From Rhodospirillaceae bacterium (GTDB taxonomy: Bacteria; Pseudomonadota; Alphaproteobacteria; Thalassobaculales; Thalassobaculaceae): a stretch of DNA of 64,000 nucleotides. Both the position numbers and the translations under genes were made by a program. The notes under the pieces are model-generated. The model did not search any database, was not told where the DNA came from, and saw only the letters and a list, made by a program, of their open reading frames with translations. Positions 47,243 through 56,162 of this stretch are shown piece after piece. The stretch is taken from positions 2,280 to 66,279 of the forward strand of contig NZGS01000103.1 in assembly GCA_002690995.1 (NCBI GenBank), given 5' to 3'. The stretch's first letter is position 1. Each line of letters starts with the position of its first letter.

Positions 47243-48352
47243 ATGAAGTACTATTACGATACGAAAAACATGCGCTTCACGATGGAAAATAAACAGTATA
47301 GGCTTCATCTGGATGGAAGGGGTTGTTTTATGGGTACAGATTCGTTTGGCATTTACTTTACTCATCATGTCCAGATGCCGGTTAGTCCATTGTTTTTTGT
47401 TCCATCTTCGTGTGGATTGAAGGAGGACATTATCAAAGAATTTGGGATTACCTCTGTATATATTGGAGATGTTTCTCATCGTCCGAACTTTCGAAAAGTT
47501 GGATATGGAAAGGAGTGGAGTTTTGCAGAGGTTTTTCATGGCTTATATGATTCTAATGGTTGTCGTCGTTTTGGGATGAATTTGTCCAGATTTGACTTGC
47601 ATATTGGTTATTTCCAAGCGGATGTGAAACAAGGATTGGGATTCACAATCGAACTTGGGGATGGAAACTCCAAAACGCTGGAGTATGGATTGTTCGAAAA
47701 TGATCGACTGTGTACGGGAAAATGTTACAAACGTGATGATCACTCGATTCGTTGGTTCATCCGACAAAACTTTAAGATAGATGGTGTCTTATCCGATTTG
47801 AATTCTTCACGTCTTTACAAATGTGCGTTTTCGCAAGGGAAACGAGAAGGAGATTTAACGATTCATAATCGTCGATTCGAAATTCATGCATTGTATCATG
47901 AAAATAAATTGAATGGCAGATTCAATGTAAATTGTAAAAATTGGACGAAACATTTATTTTACAATAAAGGAATTTGTACCTATGGAAAAATTGTGTTTCC
48001 CAATAAAATGAAATTCATATTAAATGTCGAAAACGGTTCGGAGATAATTTCGACGATTCAATATCAATCACAATCCTATTCAGATCCAATGGATTTGATT
48101 CAAAATGTACCACATGCCTTTCTTTGTCCGATTTCATTGCAATGTATGAACCATCCGGTTTCGTCTAGTTCACTTCGTTTTTTCTATGATCGCCGGTCGT
48201 TACAAAATTGGCTTGAGAAAAGGCAAACGGAACCAATGACCAACATGAAGTTATCGTCCAAGAAAGTTTTTTTTAATTTCAATTTACAAGACCAAATTTA
48301 TGTATTTTTGAAAGATTATTTCATCTCTTTATCCGAAAGACAGTCAGGATAG
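47243..48352 (+). CDS. U-box domain protein
   Basis: The C-terminal U-box is VPHAFLCPISLQCMNHPVSSSSLRFFYDRRSLQNWLEKRQTEPMT. The upstream Gly/aromatic-rich repeats are loosely MORN-like. Confidence 0.7.
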   Translation: MKYYYDTKNMRFTMENKQYRLHLDGRGCFMGTDSFGIYFTHHVQMPVSPLFFVPSSCGLKEDIIKEFGITSVYIGDVSHRPNFRKVGYGKEWSFAEVFHGLYDSNGCRRFGMNLSRFDLHIGYFQADVKQGLGFTIELGDGNSKTLEYGLFENDRLCTGKCYKRDDHSIRWFIRQNFKIDGVLSDLNSSRLYKCAFSQGKREGDLTIHNRRFEIHALYHENKLNGRFNVNCKNWTKHLFYNKGICTYGKIVFPNKMKFILNVENGSEIISTIQYQSQSYSDPMDLIQNVPHAFLCPISLQCMNHPVSSSSLRFFYDRRSLQNWLEKRQTEPMTNMKLSSKKVFFNFNLQDQIYVFLKDYFISLSERQSG

Positions 48353-49584
48353 AAACTGGGATCGTCGAGATTGGTTTGGATCGTATCATACGATTTTTTA
48401 TAACTATCATTCAACGAATGATATTTGGAAGAGTATGGTTTAAACCCTGGAAAATTTTGAGTAAATGTGTAACAGCGATTGGAGAGATTTACATAGTCTT
48501 TGTTTAGGTTCCCGGATTTCCCAGGTGTTGAACCAGGGAGATAAGGTATTGCATCGTTTGTATTTGAAATGCGAAAGGTTTTATCCTTTAAAATCGCATC
48601 ATAGGTATTCGCGAAATCTTGATTTCCAACCATTGGGCTGGCGAATGCGTAAACGCACCGGACTTTCTTAAAGACCGATTCCATATGGAATGCGCAAAGT
48701 ATCGCTACCGCGGCACCCAAACTGTGACCACAAATAATATAATCATTAATAGTGGTGTTTTCGTTGACATAATCGTAGATAACATTACATATCGGTTTGC
48801 CACCCTCGTTTGTTTTACACCGATCACATAGAAGGAGTCCACAGGGAACTGGAGCGGCGGAACATTCTGTAATTCCAACAATTTTCCCAATCTGATTGGG
48901 ATAAAGAATACGACAGGTACCATCTTTGCATGTATCCGTACAAACGCAATTATTTTCTGTGATCTGTCCAGGTGTTGAGGCGTAAACATCGTACCAACCC
49001 TCTCCAACGCCACAGTTTTGTGGCAATTGCGAGTCATTGACTCCCACTAACGAATTCCTTTGTCCAAATTTTGATGCGGTCTTGTAGGCTGTAAGTTTCG
49101 AAGGGTATACTAGGTTAAAACTACTAGCATCAGTAGCCCATTCACCTAAATTTGATGTGCCTCGGAAACTAATGAATCCAGTGCTTGAATTTTTAATGCG
49201 AGCAATAATACCAAATGGTGTATAATACTGCATATTCAACAACGGCAGCGTGTTCAATCTATTGGAGATTTGTGTCTGCGAAAATAATATCTGTGGATCC
49301 TCTAATAGAAAATCAACGTCTATTTGTCGTACAATGTCACCCAAAATACGATTGACATTGGTCACTGAATCGACGTACAAGTCGTACACATAATTGATTG
49401 AATTTAAACAATTCAGGTAGTTTGTTTTATTAAAGTTATTTTCGTTTGGATCCAAAACCCATGTATCAACGGTATCATAATTCATCGCACTGAGAGTAAA
49501 CTTACGATTGATGAGGTATGCTAGGATTATCATACCAATAATGACTAATAATAACAAAACAATGAGCAGCTCCAAAATATTCAT
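48316..49584 (-). CDS. class 3 (triacylglycerol) lipase with N-terminal membrane anchor
   Basis: The nucleophile elbow is ICGHSLGAAVA, preceded by ISFRGTSNLGEW. The N-terminal helix is LLIVLLLLVIIGMIILAYLI. There is a Cys-rich insertion. Confidence 0.85.
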   Translation of the reverse strand: MNILELLIVLLLLVIIGMIILAYLINRKFTLSAMNYDTVDTWVLDPNENNFNKTNYLNCLNSINYVYDLYVDSVTNVNRILGDIVRQIDVDFLLEDPQILFSQTQISNRLNTLPLLNMQYYTPFGIIARIKNSSTGFISFRGTSNLGEWATDASSFNLVYPSKLTAYKTASKFGQRNSLVGVNDSQLPQNCGVGEGWYDVYASTPGQITENNCVCTDTCKDGTCRILYPNQIGKIVGITECSAAPVPCGLLLCDRCKTNEGGKPICNVIYDYVNENTTINDYIICGHSLGAAVAILCAFHMESVFKKVRCVYAFASPMVGNQDFANTYDAILKDKTFRISNTNDAIPYLPGSTPGKSGNLNKDYVNLSNRCYTFTQNFPGFKPYSSKYHSLNDSYKKSYDTIQTNLDDPSFYPDCLSDKEMK

Positions 49585-49627
49585 TTATGTAATAAATAAA
49601 AAAAAAAATATCGACTAATGTATAAAT

Positions 49628-51799
49628 ATGAAACCATTATATATTTTCCTAATTGTCTTTGTTCTCCTTGTTGTTTCGATTATTGGGATCACCGTGTACT
49701 TTCAGTACAAATCCCCTTACTGCGGAGATCAATTGAACAAAAAGAATTTCTTATGCAATTCGGCTACCGAAGAAAAATGTAATCCGACAAATACTGTGCA
49801 ATATTATGATGACATTGTGAGCGTCATTCGTTATATAATGATGAATTACGAAGCTCAGCGGACCAATGCGTTGAAAAACCCATTGGAAGCAGGCGAAAGT
49901 GGCGCAAGTGTCCCCAGGGCAACTTATGGCGTTTTTTACTTTGCGATATCCGAATTATTACGTGTAATGCCAACGGACTTTGGACAAAACTCGCTTTCCC
50001 CCTATGGATTTTCTTCCTTCTTTCCGATATATCCGACATGTATTTCCGATGTTGAGACCTTTTGCGCACAAATGTTTCCCAGTAACGAAAACTCGGAGGA
50101 TAATCCACAACAAAAGGGTCAAAGAAATTGTGAAAAGTTCCTCAATATTTTACAGAAGCGATATGCGTCAAGCGGTTGCCCCTTCCCTATTAAAGATGAT
50201 TCAAAAAACCTGTTCATTGGTGATCCAACTGTCTTTAATCAATTCGGTATGCTTGGATCGACTTCCATGGATATTGATTCTGGTATAATTATCCGTATTT
50301 GCTTGCCATTGCAGAATCCACCGAACAATCGATGTTGTGCAGATCCAAGTGGTACAGTATGTGTTGAGCAAGTATCATTGGCTCTTTCGTATTGGTCGTT
50401 CGCACTGTATAAAATGGAATCGATGGACGCTAGTGACATTTGTTACCCAAACTATCAAGTTAACGCAGCATCTCTTTGTGCCCCGCTAAACATGTACAAT
50501 GCTGTGGCAGAGGCCTATCGTAACACTGGTCAACGAAAAAATCCATTTCGGGATACCTTCAAGTTTGCGATTTTAATAAATTATTCCGATGCAGTCGACA
50601 AAAGAATGAGGTCCACCATAAATGACCAAACTAGTGCTTATTATGATTTTGACTTTGTCTATACGATGAAAATTCCATGTAGCGATGGTTCCTTACCATT
50701 TTCGAATGATCTTCCGAATCCGAATTCACTATCCTCCAAATCGACGTATTTCAATCCAGAAACAGATCGTTTTGGAATGATTTCTCGTCTCGTCGAAGAC
50801 CAGGAAAGAAGAGTCAATATTGCCGGATACACGGCATTGGATAGCTTTGTCAATATGCAAGAGAATACCCATTTCAGCGTGCAAATGTGGAAATATGATT
50901 TTACACCAACGGAATTATACCCTTTTCAACCGTTTCCTCCCCGTATGAATCCACCGGTAAACGAAAAGAAAACATATGGAAGTGAATTCCGAAAACTAAA
51001 AAATGCAGTTTTGAATCCATTGGAAAAAAATGCGTACATTATCAACCGATTAACAACGAGGAACAATCTTGTGAATATAACTGCACCGTTGTATCCACAA
51101 GTCCGTAATGGAAAGATTCCTTATCGGGGGGGATTTCAGGCAGTTCAAATGGCTGGCAATATGCAAGGTGACAACCCCGATGCCCAATATCGTCTTCAAC
51201 AGGCGGAGTGTATTGATGAGGATTCGGTGTTAATTTCGATCTGTGTTAATCATCAAACTTTGGGAAACTCCTATTATAATAGTTTAAACGTTACAGATGG
51301 ATATCAGGCATATGGTTTTTATGGGTACGATCCGGGACCGGGACACAGATATATCGTTTTCATGACTGGTAGAAAACCCGAAACTCTCAAAATGATTGAA
51401 AAGACCTTTCGATCTGGGATTGATACGGAAAATGTAGATATCCACTTTAAAACGATTATTACCGATAAAACACAAGCGTTTGGAATTCCTGCTTGTCATC
51501 CCGTTTTAATGATTGAGAGAATTTATCTGAATCCCCTGTATGCTTCAACTACGAATGGACGGATTTACAATATCAACGAGCTGGATAATTTAACTGATGA
51601 GAATGAAATCCATGACAGAATTCTTAGTCTCAGCAATGTCACCGGTCCAGAATTGGACTACTACATTGAACCATGTTATTACAAAATTACTCAAAATACG
51701 CGCTTGATTCTATTGATTCTGTATACAATGGTAGTTGTGATTTTCTTCGCCTTACTGCTCGGTTATTTTATCCATCGATACAGGTCACGACGTAAATAA
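49628..51799 (+). CDS. hypothetical large membrane protein
   Basis: The 723-aa product has hydrophobic helices at both ends (IFLIVFVLLVVSIIGITVY and LILLILYTMVVVIFFALLLGYFI) and many Cys residues. Confidence 0.45.
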   Translation: MKPLYIFLIVFVLLVVSIIGITVYFQYKSPYCGDQLNKKNFLCNSATEEKCNPTNTVQYYDDIVSVIRYIMMNYEAQRTNALKNPLEAGESGASVPRATYGVFYFAISELLRVMPTDFGQNSLSPYGFSSFFPIYPTCISDVETFCAQMFPSNENSEDNPQQKGQRNCEKFLNILQKRYASSGCPFPIKDDSKNLFIGDPTVFNQFGMLGSTSMDIDSGIIIRICLPLQNPPNNRCCADPSGTVCVEQVSLALSYWSFALYKMESMDASDICYPNYQVNAASLCAPLNMYNAVAEAYRNTGQRKNPFRDTFKFAILINYSDAVDKRMRSTINDQTSAYYDFDFVYTMKIPCSDGSLPFSNDLPNPNSLSSKSTYFNPETDRFGMISRLVEDQERRVNIAGYTALDSFVNMQENTHFSVQMWKYDFTPTELYPFQPFPPRMNPPVNEKKTYGSEFRKLKNAVLNPLEKNAYIINRLTTRNNLVNITAPLYPQVRNGKIPYRGGFQAVQMAGNMQGDNPDAQYRLQQAECIDEDSVLISICVNHQTLGNSYYNSLNVTDGYQAYGFYGYDPGPGHRYIVFMTGRKPETLKMIEKTFRSGIDTENVDIHFKTIITDKTQAFGIPACHPVLMIERIYLNPLYASTTNGRIYNINELDNLTDENEIHDRILSLSNVTGPELDYYIEPCYYKITQNTRLILLILYTMVVVIFFALLLGYFIHRYRSRRK

Positions 51800-51831
51800 A
51801 AATAAATTAAAAAAAAAACAATATACGATAA

Positions 51832-52221
51832 ATGAAAAATAACATTCTCTTTTATTTGGCAATATTACTGTGCATCATTGCGATTACCATGTGTATTCTA
51901 ACATTTATAAAAAAGCCAGATTATCCAGTATCAGACGACGATATGCAAGCTCTTCGAAATTTCAATGAGCTTTTCGTAAAAAATATTACAGTTGATACGG
52001 ACACGGACACCATCACGTTCCAGATACCGACAAACAATCTCTATATCGGAGCCGTTTTTGATGGAAACGATGACAGTGAAATTGATTATTTTTTGAAGCT
52101 GAACGCTGTCAATCCCGATGGTGATGAAACTGACACGTATGAGATTTTCTCGGTCAAAAATTTGAATGGTAGTGGTCAAACTTTTCGTTTCACATCTGAT
52201 AATAAGGTTTCGATCAGTTGA
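51832..52221 (+). CDS. hypothetical type II membrane protein
   Basis: The 129-aa product has the N-terminal helix LFYLAILLCIIAITMCILTFI. Confidence 0.4.
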   Translation: MKNNILFYLAILLCIIAITMCILTFIKKPDYPVSDDDMQALRNFNELFVKNITVDTDTDTITFQIPTNNLYIGAVFDGNDDSEIDYFLKLNAVNPDGDETDTYEIFSVKNLNGSGQTFRFTSDNKVSIS

Positions 52222-52265
52222 GTAACATAAAATTTGAATGCAAAAAAAAAAAAAATATAATATAA

Positions 52266-52784
52266 ATGAGCAGTTCTAAAGAATGGGTTGAAAACTATCT
52301 TGACTCGAGCGAAAACTTATCCTACAATGCCTACGTTGGTTGGAAAGAAACTTCCAGTGGAAACGTCGGCTTAGAAACCTTATTTTCCGTCGAAAATTTG
52401 AAAACAGTACAAACTACATTGGATCATGTGTTAAAAGATCTTCATCCACAGGGGAAACGTATTGTTGTCACCATACCACAAATTGCGAATGTAATGAGCA
52501 ACATCTATGAAAATACCTTACCAGGTCAAATTGCTGGTATCTACACACAATCTGTCATTCCACCCGCACATCCGCGTAATGATATTCAGGAAATCAATCA
52601 AAGGACAGTACAGGCAATATACAATCTGTTGTCAACCCAATTTGAAGTTGAAACAAATAATAAAAAATTAAGTATTTGGAATAGTGTATTGGGAGATTTT
52701 AACGAAAATGGCTTGCGCGCTCATCCACCCATCAAAACAAGAAATAAACATGCACAACGAATGGCATTCCATATGCGATACTAA
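52266..52784 (+). CDS. hypothetical protein
   Basis: This is a 172-aa ORF. No motif was recognised. Confidence 0.4.
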   Translation: MSSSKEWVENYLDSSENLSYNAYVGWKETSSGNVGLETLFSVENLKTVQTTLDHVLKDLHPQGKRIVVTIPQIANVMSNIYENTLPGQIAGIYTQSVIPPAHPRNDIQEINQRTVQAIYNLLSTQFEVETNNKKLSIWNSVLGDFNENGLRAHPPIKTRNKHAQRMAFHMRY

Positions 52785-52791
52785 AAATTGA
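52783..52791 (+). promoter_or_regulatory. AAAAATTGA early-promoter-type motif
   Basis: This is an exact nonamer 62 nt upstream of the ATG at 52854. Confidence 0.45.
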
Positions 52792-52853
52792 TTTCTTGGT
52801 AAATTTTCAAACTGAAAGCAAGATTAATCTTTGTTCTTATTTTTTGTTTATAA

Positions 52854-53225
52854 ATGTTCAACTTGCCAGAAGAACTGGTTCGATATATATACGAATTTGA
52901 TAATACGTATCGAGAAGTGTTTACCAAAGTGTTACATTCTCGTTATGAAATTTATCTAATGACTGATAACTTTCTAAATTTGCCATCATTTCGTCATAGT
53001 ACAAAATATTTTTTTATATTTGATGAATTTTCTGGTAAATCTTTTCTAACAAATAGTCTTCAAAATCCAACTTGGAAAACAACGATTCACACACACAAAA
53101 ATATAAAGAAAAAATACGATAACTTGCATCTTAAAAATTACAAGTCAAAAATGAAAACACTTTATACATTGAAGAAAGTATCAGATAATTTACAATATGA
53201 TATTCATAAACCGCTTTATTCATAA
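52854..53225 (+). CDS. hypothetical protein (weak F-box-like N-terminus)
   Basis: The product starts MFNLPEELVRYIYEFD and is 123 aa. Confidence 0.35.
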   Translation: MFNLPEELVRYIYEFDNTYREVFTKVLHSRYEIYLMTDNFLNLPSFRHSTKYFFIFDEFSGKSFLTNSLQNPTWKTTIHTHKNIKKKYDNLHLKNYKSKMKTLYTLKKVSDNLQYDIHKPLYS

Positions 53226-53254
53226 TCATATTCATAATCATATTCATAATCATA
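53219..53254. repeat. 12-bp tandem repeat, three copies
   Basis: TTCATAATCATA occurs three times. The repeat spans the stop codon of the preceding ORF and ends 24 nt before the PCNA start. Confidence 0.8.
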
Positions 53255-53278
53255 TTTATATTCAACTCTATAAATAGA

Positions 53279-54064
53279 ATGCCTTCCTTCCACTTAGTAT
53301 TTCAGGATGGACAACGATTCAAACAAATCGTTGATCTTTGCAAAGATATTGTACAAGATGTTTCTTTTCAAATTGAATCCTCGGGTATTTCGATGCAGGC
53401 AATGGATATGGCGCATGTTGCCTTGGTATCGTTTTTTATTCCAAAGCAGGATTTTGCGGAATATAATTTATTTGGAAAGGAAAACTTTGTCATTTCCACA
53501 TCCTTACGTAATTTGAATTTAATTTTAAAATCCTACAAACCAGGATATAAATTATCTTTTGCATTTAATGATAATGACAAACTACAAATTATCTACAATT
53601 ACCGTCCAAAAAATGTCGATCAAGATACGGATGAGCAGTATACCTGGTCCTTGCAATTGATTCACATGGAAAGCAACATGTTGCAAGTGCCTGAGGAAGA
53701 AAATGATGCTACGATTTTTATGGATAGTGCAGAATTCCATGAAATGCTCCGAAATATTGGTATATTTCACGATACCTTACTTGTTTCTATCCGCGGAAAA
53801 GTAGTGGAGTTTGAAACACGAGGTGATTTTGGAAATGTCGTTTTTTGCAAATCCTTTTCCAAAGAGACACTCCGTTCAAAAGTCTCCTTCCTACAACTTG
53901 GATATAGTATAAAATATTTATCTTGGTTTTCCAAAGCGTATCAGGTTGCAAAACAAGTTGAACTGAATCTTCAACGGGAAAGTCCAATGGAAATGCTTTA
54001 TCGCTTTGATGTAGACCATCCTGGTTTCATCCGATTTCATTTGGCACCAAAATTTGACGAATAA
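53279..54064 (+). CDS. PCNA sliding clamp, copy 2
   Basis: The N-terminus is FKQIVDLCKDIVQDVSFQIESSGISMQAMDMAHVALVSF. The length is canonical at 261 aa and the C-terminus is LAPKFDE. Confidence 0.85.
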   Translation: MPSFHLVFQDGQRFKQIVDLCKDIVQDVSFQIESSGISMQAMDMAHVALVSFFIPKQDFAEYNLFGKENFVISTSLRNLNLILKSYKPGYKLSFAFNDNDKLQIIYNYRPKNVDQDTDEQYTWSLQLIHMESNMLQVPEEENDATIFMDSAEFHEMLRNIGIFHDTLLVSIRGKVVEFETRGDFGNVVFCKSFSKETLRSKVSFLQLGYSIKYLSWFSKAYQVAKQVELNLQRESPMEMLYRFDVDHPGFIRFHLAPKFDE

Positions 54065-54136
54065 ATTATTCAAAAGATAATGACAACAGTCGTGATTTCG
54101 TATTTTTATCCCTGATTCGTAAAACGAAAAGGACTT

Positions 54137-54161
54137 TCAACGTTTTCTTGAAAAATGTTGA
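54137..54161 (+). terminator. hairpin downstream of PCNA copy 2
   Basis: TCAACGTTTT (54137-54146) pairs with AAAATGTTGA (54152-54161), with one G-U position and a 5-nt loop. Confidence 0.4.
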
Positions 54162-54170
54162 ATAAATTTT

Positions 54171-54179
54171 AAAAATTGA
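54171..54179 (+). promoter_or_regulatory. AAAAATTGA early-promoter-type motif
   Basis: This is an exact nonamer 111 nt upstream of the ATG at 54291. Confidence 0.35.
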
Positions 54180-54290
54180 TAATTTTAAAAAGATATAAGA
54201 AAACGTAAAGTTGTTTCTTTATTTATATTAACAGACCAGTGTTTTATTCTCTCTTATTTATTTCTCTTTTATCTCTATAAAACGACAAAG

Positions 54291-54830
54291 ATGGAATGTG
54301 TCGTATGTTTCGAACCAACGCAGGTTCAAACAGAATGCAAACATCTCCTTTGCCATCCTTGTCAGAATTCCTTACAGAAAGCCGAATGTCCCTACTGTCG
54401 GCAAGTCATTCGGGTTTGGGATCATCAAGACATTAAGATGCCATTTTATTATTTTACAGAAATGTGCTATGAACATTACCGAAAAAATGTGACCTATCAT
54501 TGTTTAAAAATAGGTTCCGAAATTCCTGATGTTTTATCCGAAAACAATTGCTTTATTTTTCATAATCCATTTCATAATTGCCCATTTACTGAAAATTATG
54601 AAAAATTAATAACCGTACGTATCTTCAACCTCACCATCAACCGCCGAGCGATAAAGATTGAGTTTCAAACTCTGGGTTTGGACGCCGAACGAAATCGCCA
54701 TTACATGACAATTCGTTATGACGAACATGATTCAAATTCGTTCGCATATTGGGTTCGTCAAAACAAGAAAATCAGAAATTACTGGGATCAAGCAGTCCGC
54801 CAATATCAGGATTCCAGGGATGGACAATAG
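54291..54830 (+). CDS. RING-finger protein
   Basis: The C3HC4 pattern is CVVCFEPTQVQTECKHLLCHPCQNSLQKAECPYCRQ. Confidence 0.65.
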   Translation: MECVVCFEPTQVQTECKHLLCHPCQNSLQKAECPYCRQVIRVWDHQDIKMPFYYFTEMCYEHYRKNVTYHCLKIGSEIPDVLSENNCFIFHNPFHNCPFTENYEKLITVRIFNLTINRRAIKIEFQTLGLDAERNRHYMTIRYDEHDSNSFAYWVRQNKKIRNYWDQAVRQYQDSRDGQ

Positions 54831-56026
54831 TAAGAGGATAGTCGTTGACCATCATGCATGATTGGAAAATTTGGTACACGAACGTTATTCTCATAGACAT
54901 AGTTTATATTGACAAAATCTCCGCTGTCATTTCTTAAAAATAAATATTCCATTGATAAAATGTCATAAATTTGATTATCATTTCCAAAACATGGAATTTG
55001 AATTTCATTTCCAAATAAATCAACATTCTCCTCGTTTGGAATTGGTCTTTTTTTGCTTTCCTGGTAATTTATTTTCAAAATCTTGATAATCGAACTCCTA
55101 TGAAGGGAGGCTGAATTTATTTTGAATTTACTTGTAAGATACTCTGCCAAAAAGTTTGTCGCCACTAGTTTTAGCTTGTCCGCGTTACATGTTTCAAGAT
55201 AGTTTCGCAAATACATCCCTTGGCGAATATAACCATTTTCCGAAGAGGATGACGACCGGTTAAAGTGGAGAATCGGAACTACAAATTCTCTTGATCTCCT
55301 TGATGTACGATTACTAAAACTATTCTTATGAAACAAACGCCCCCCTGCACATGAAAATCCATCTTTGAACTTCCCTTCAAATATTAAATATTGCTGTTCC
55401 ATATCGAACAACTGTCCTTCTCCGTTCGGAAATCCATTTCGGAAGGAACCATCATAGACAAGCTTCCCATTGATAAAGAATCGCGCTCTTCCATGACAAG
55501 CGTCATTTCGGAAATCGCCTTCCAGATACGTTTCATTGCCATCAACGTAGTATATTCCTTTTCCGGACTTTAAATTGTTTTGGAATGCACCATGATAGAC
55601 AAGTCGACAGTCCTCGGTGTACTCCGAGCCTAAACCATGACGTTGATCCATTTTCCAATTTCCTTTATAGGTTCGAATCCCTCTTGACCAGGACTGGCCC
55701 TCACCATGACGTTTGTCCTTACGCCACTGACCTTCATAGATACGCGGATCACGATCAGGTTCTTCTATATTTAATCGTTGCAATAATTCCACCACTTCTT
55801 CATGTTGTGGATCATATTGCGTGCCAATTCCGTGACGCTCATTGCGGTAAAAAGATCCATGGTAGAATTTCTGTCCGTTTTCATAAAGCGTTCCAATGCC
55901 ATATTTTCCGTCTGGTCCGTACTTCCCCTGAAAATGCAAATTATTCGCCGCGTCGAGAAATTGTCCGTCGTAATAAGTTTTCTCTTTTCGAATTCGTTTC
56001 TTTCCAATAAATTTACAGTTTTCCAT
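54806..56026 (-). CDS. MORN-repeat protein
   Basis: There are multiple Y-x-G-x-[FW]-x-x-x-x-x-x-G-x-G units, for example YDGQFLDAANNLHFQGKY, YHGSFYRNERHGIGT, YEGQWRKDKRHGEGQ, YKGNWKMDQRHGLGS and YHGAFQNNLKSGKGI. Confidence 0.85.
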   Translation of the reverse strand: MENCKFIGKKRIRKEKTYYDGQFLDAANNLHFQGKYGPDGKYGIGTLYENGQKFYHGSFYRNERHGIGTQYDPQHEEVVELLQRLNIEEPDRDPRIYEGQWRKDKRHGEGQSWSRGIRTYKGNWKMDQRHGLGSEYTEDCRLVYHGAFQNNLKSGKGIYYVDGNETYLEGDFRNDACHGRARFFINGKLVYDGSFRNGFPNGEGQLFDMEQQYLIFEGKFKDGFSCAGGRLFHKNSFSNRTSRRSREFVVPILHFNRSSSSSENGYIRQGMYLRNYLETCNADKLKLVATNFLAEYLTSKFKINSASLHRSSIIKILKINYQESKKRPIPNEENVDLFGNEIQIPCFGNDNQIYDILSMEYLFLRNDSGDFVNINYVYENNVRVPNFPIMHDGQRLSSYYCPSLES

Positions 56027-56162
56027 ACTCTATTTTAAAATCTTTTTACTATTTGCACTTTTTTTGAAAAAATCATTTTTCAAAAATTCGTCAAAAAAAA
56101 ATTTTTTTCTCAATGAAAAATTTTTCAATTTATTCCATAAATATTTTTCCATATTCTCCAAG

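Noticed and set aside
53219-53254. A CRISPR-like or satellite array.
   Set aside because: There are only three contiguous 12-bp units with no spacers, so this is a simple microsatellite-type tandem repeat. No CRISPR-like repeat-spacer structure was seen anywhere in the window.
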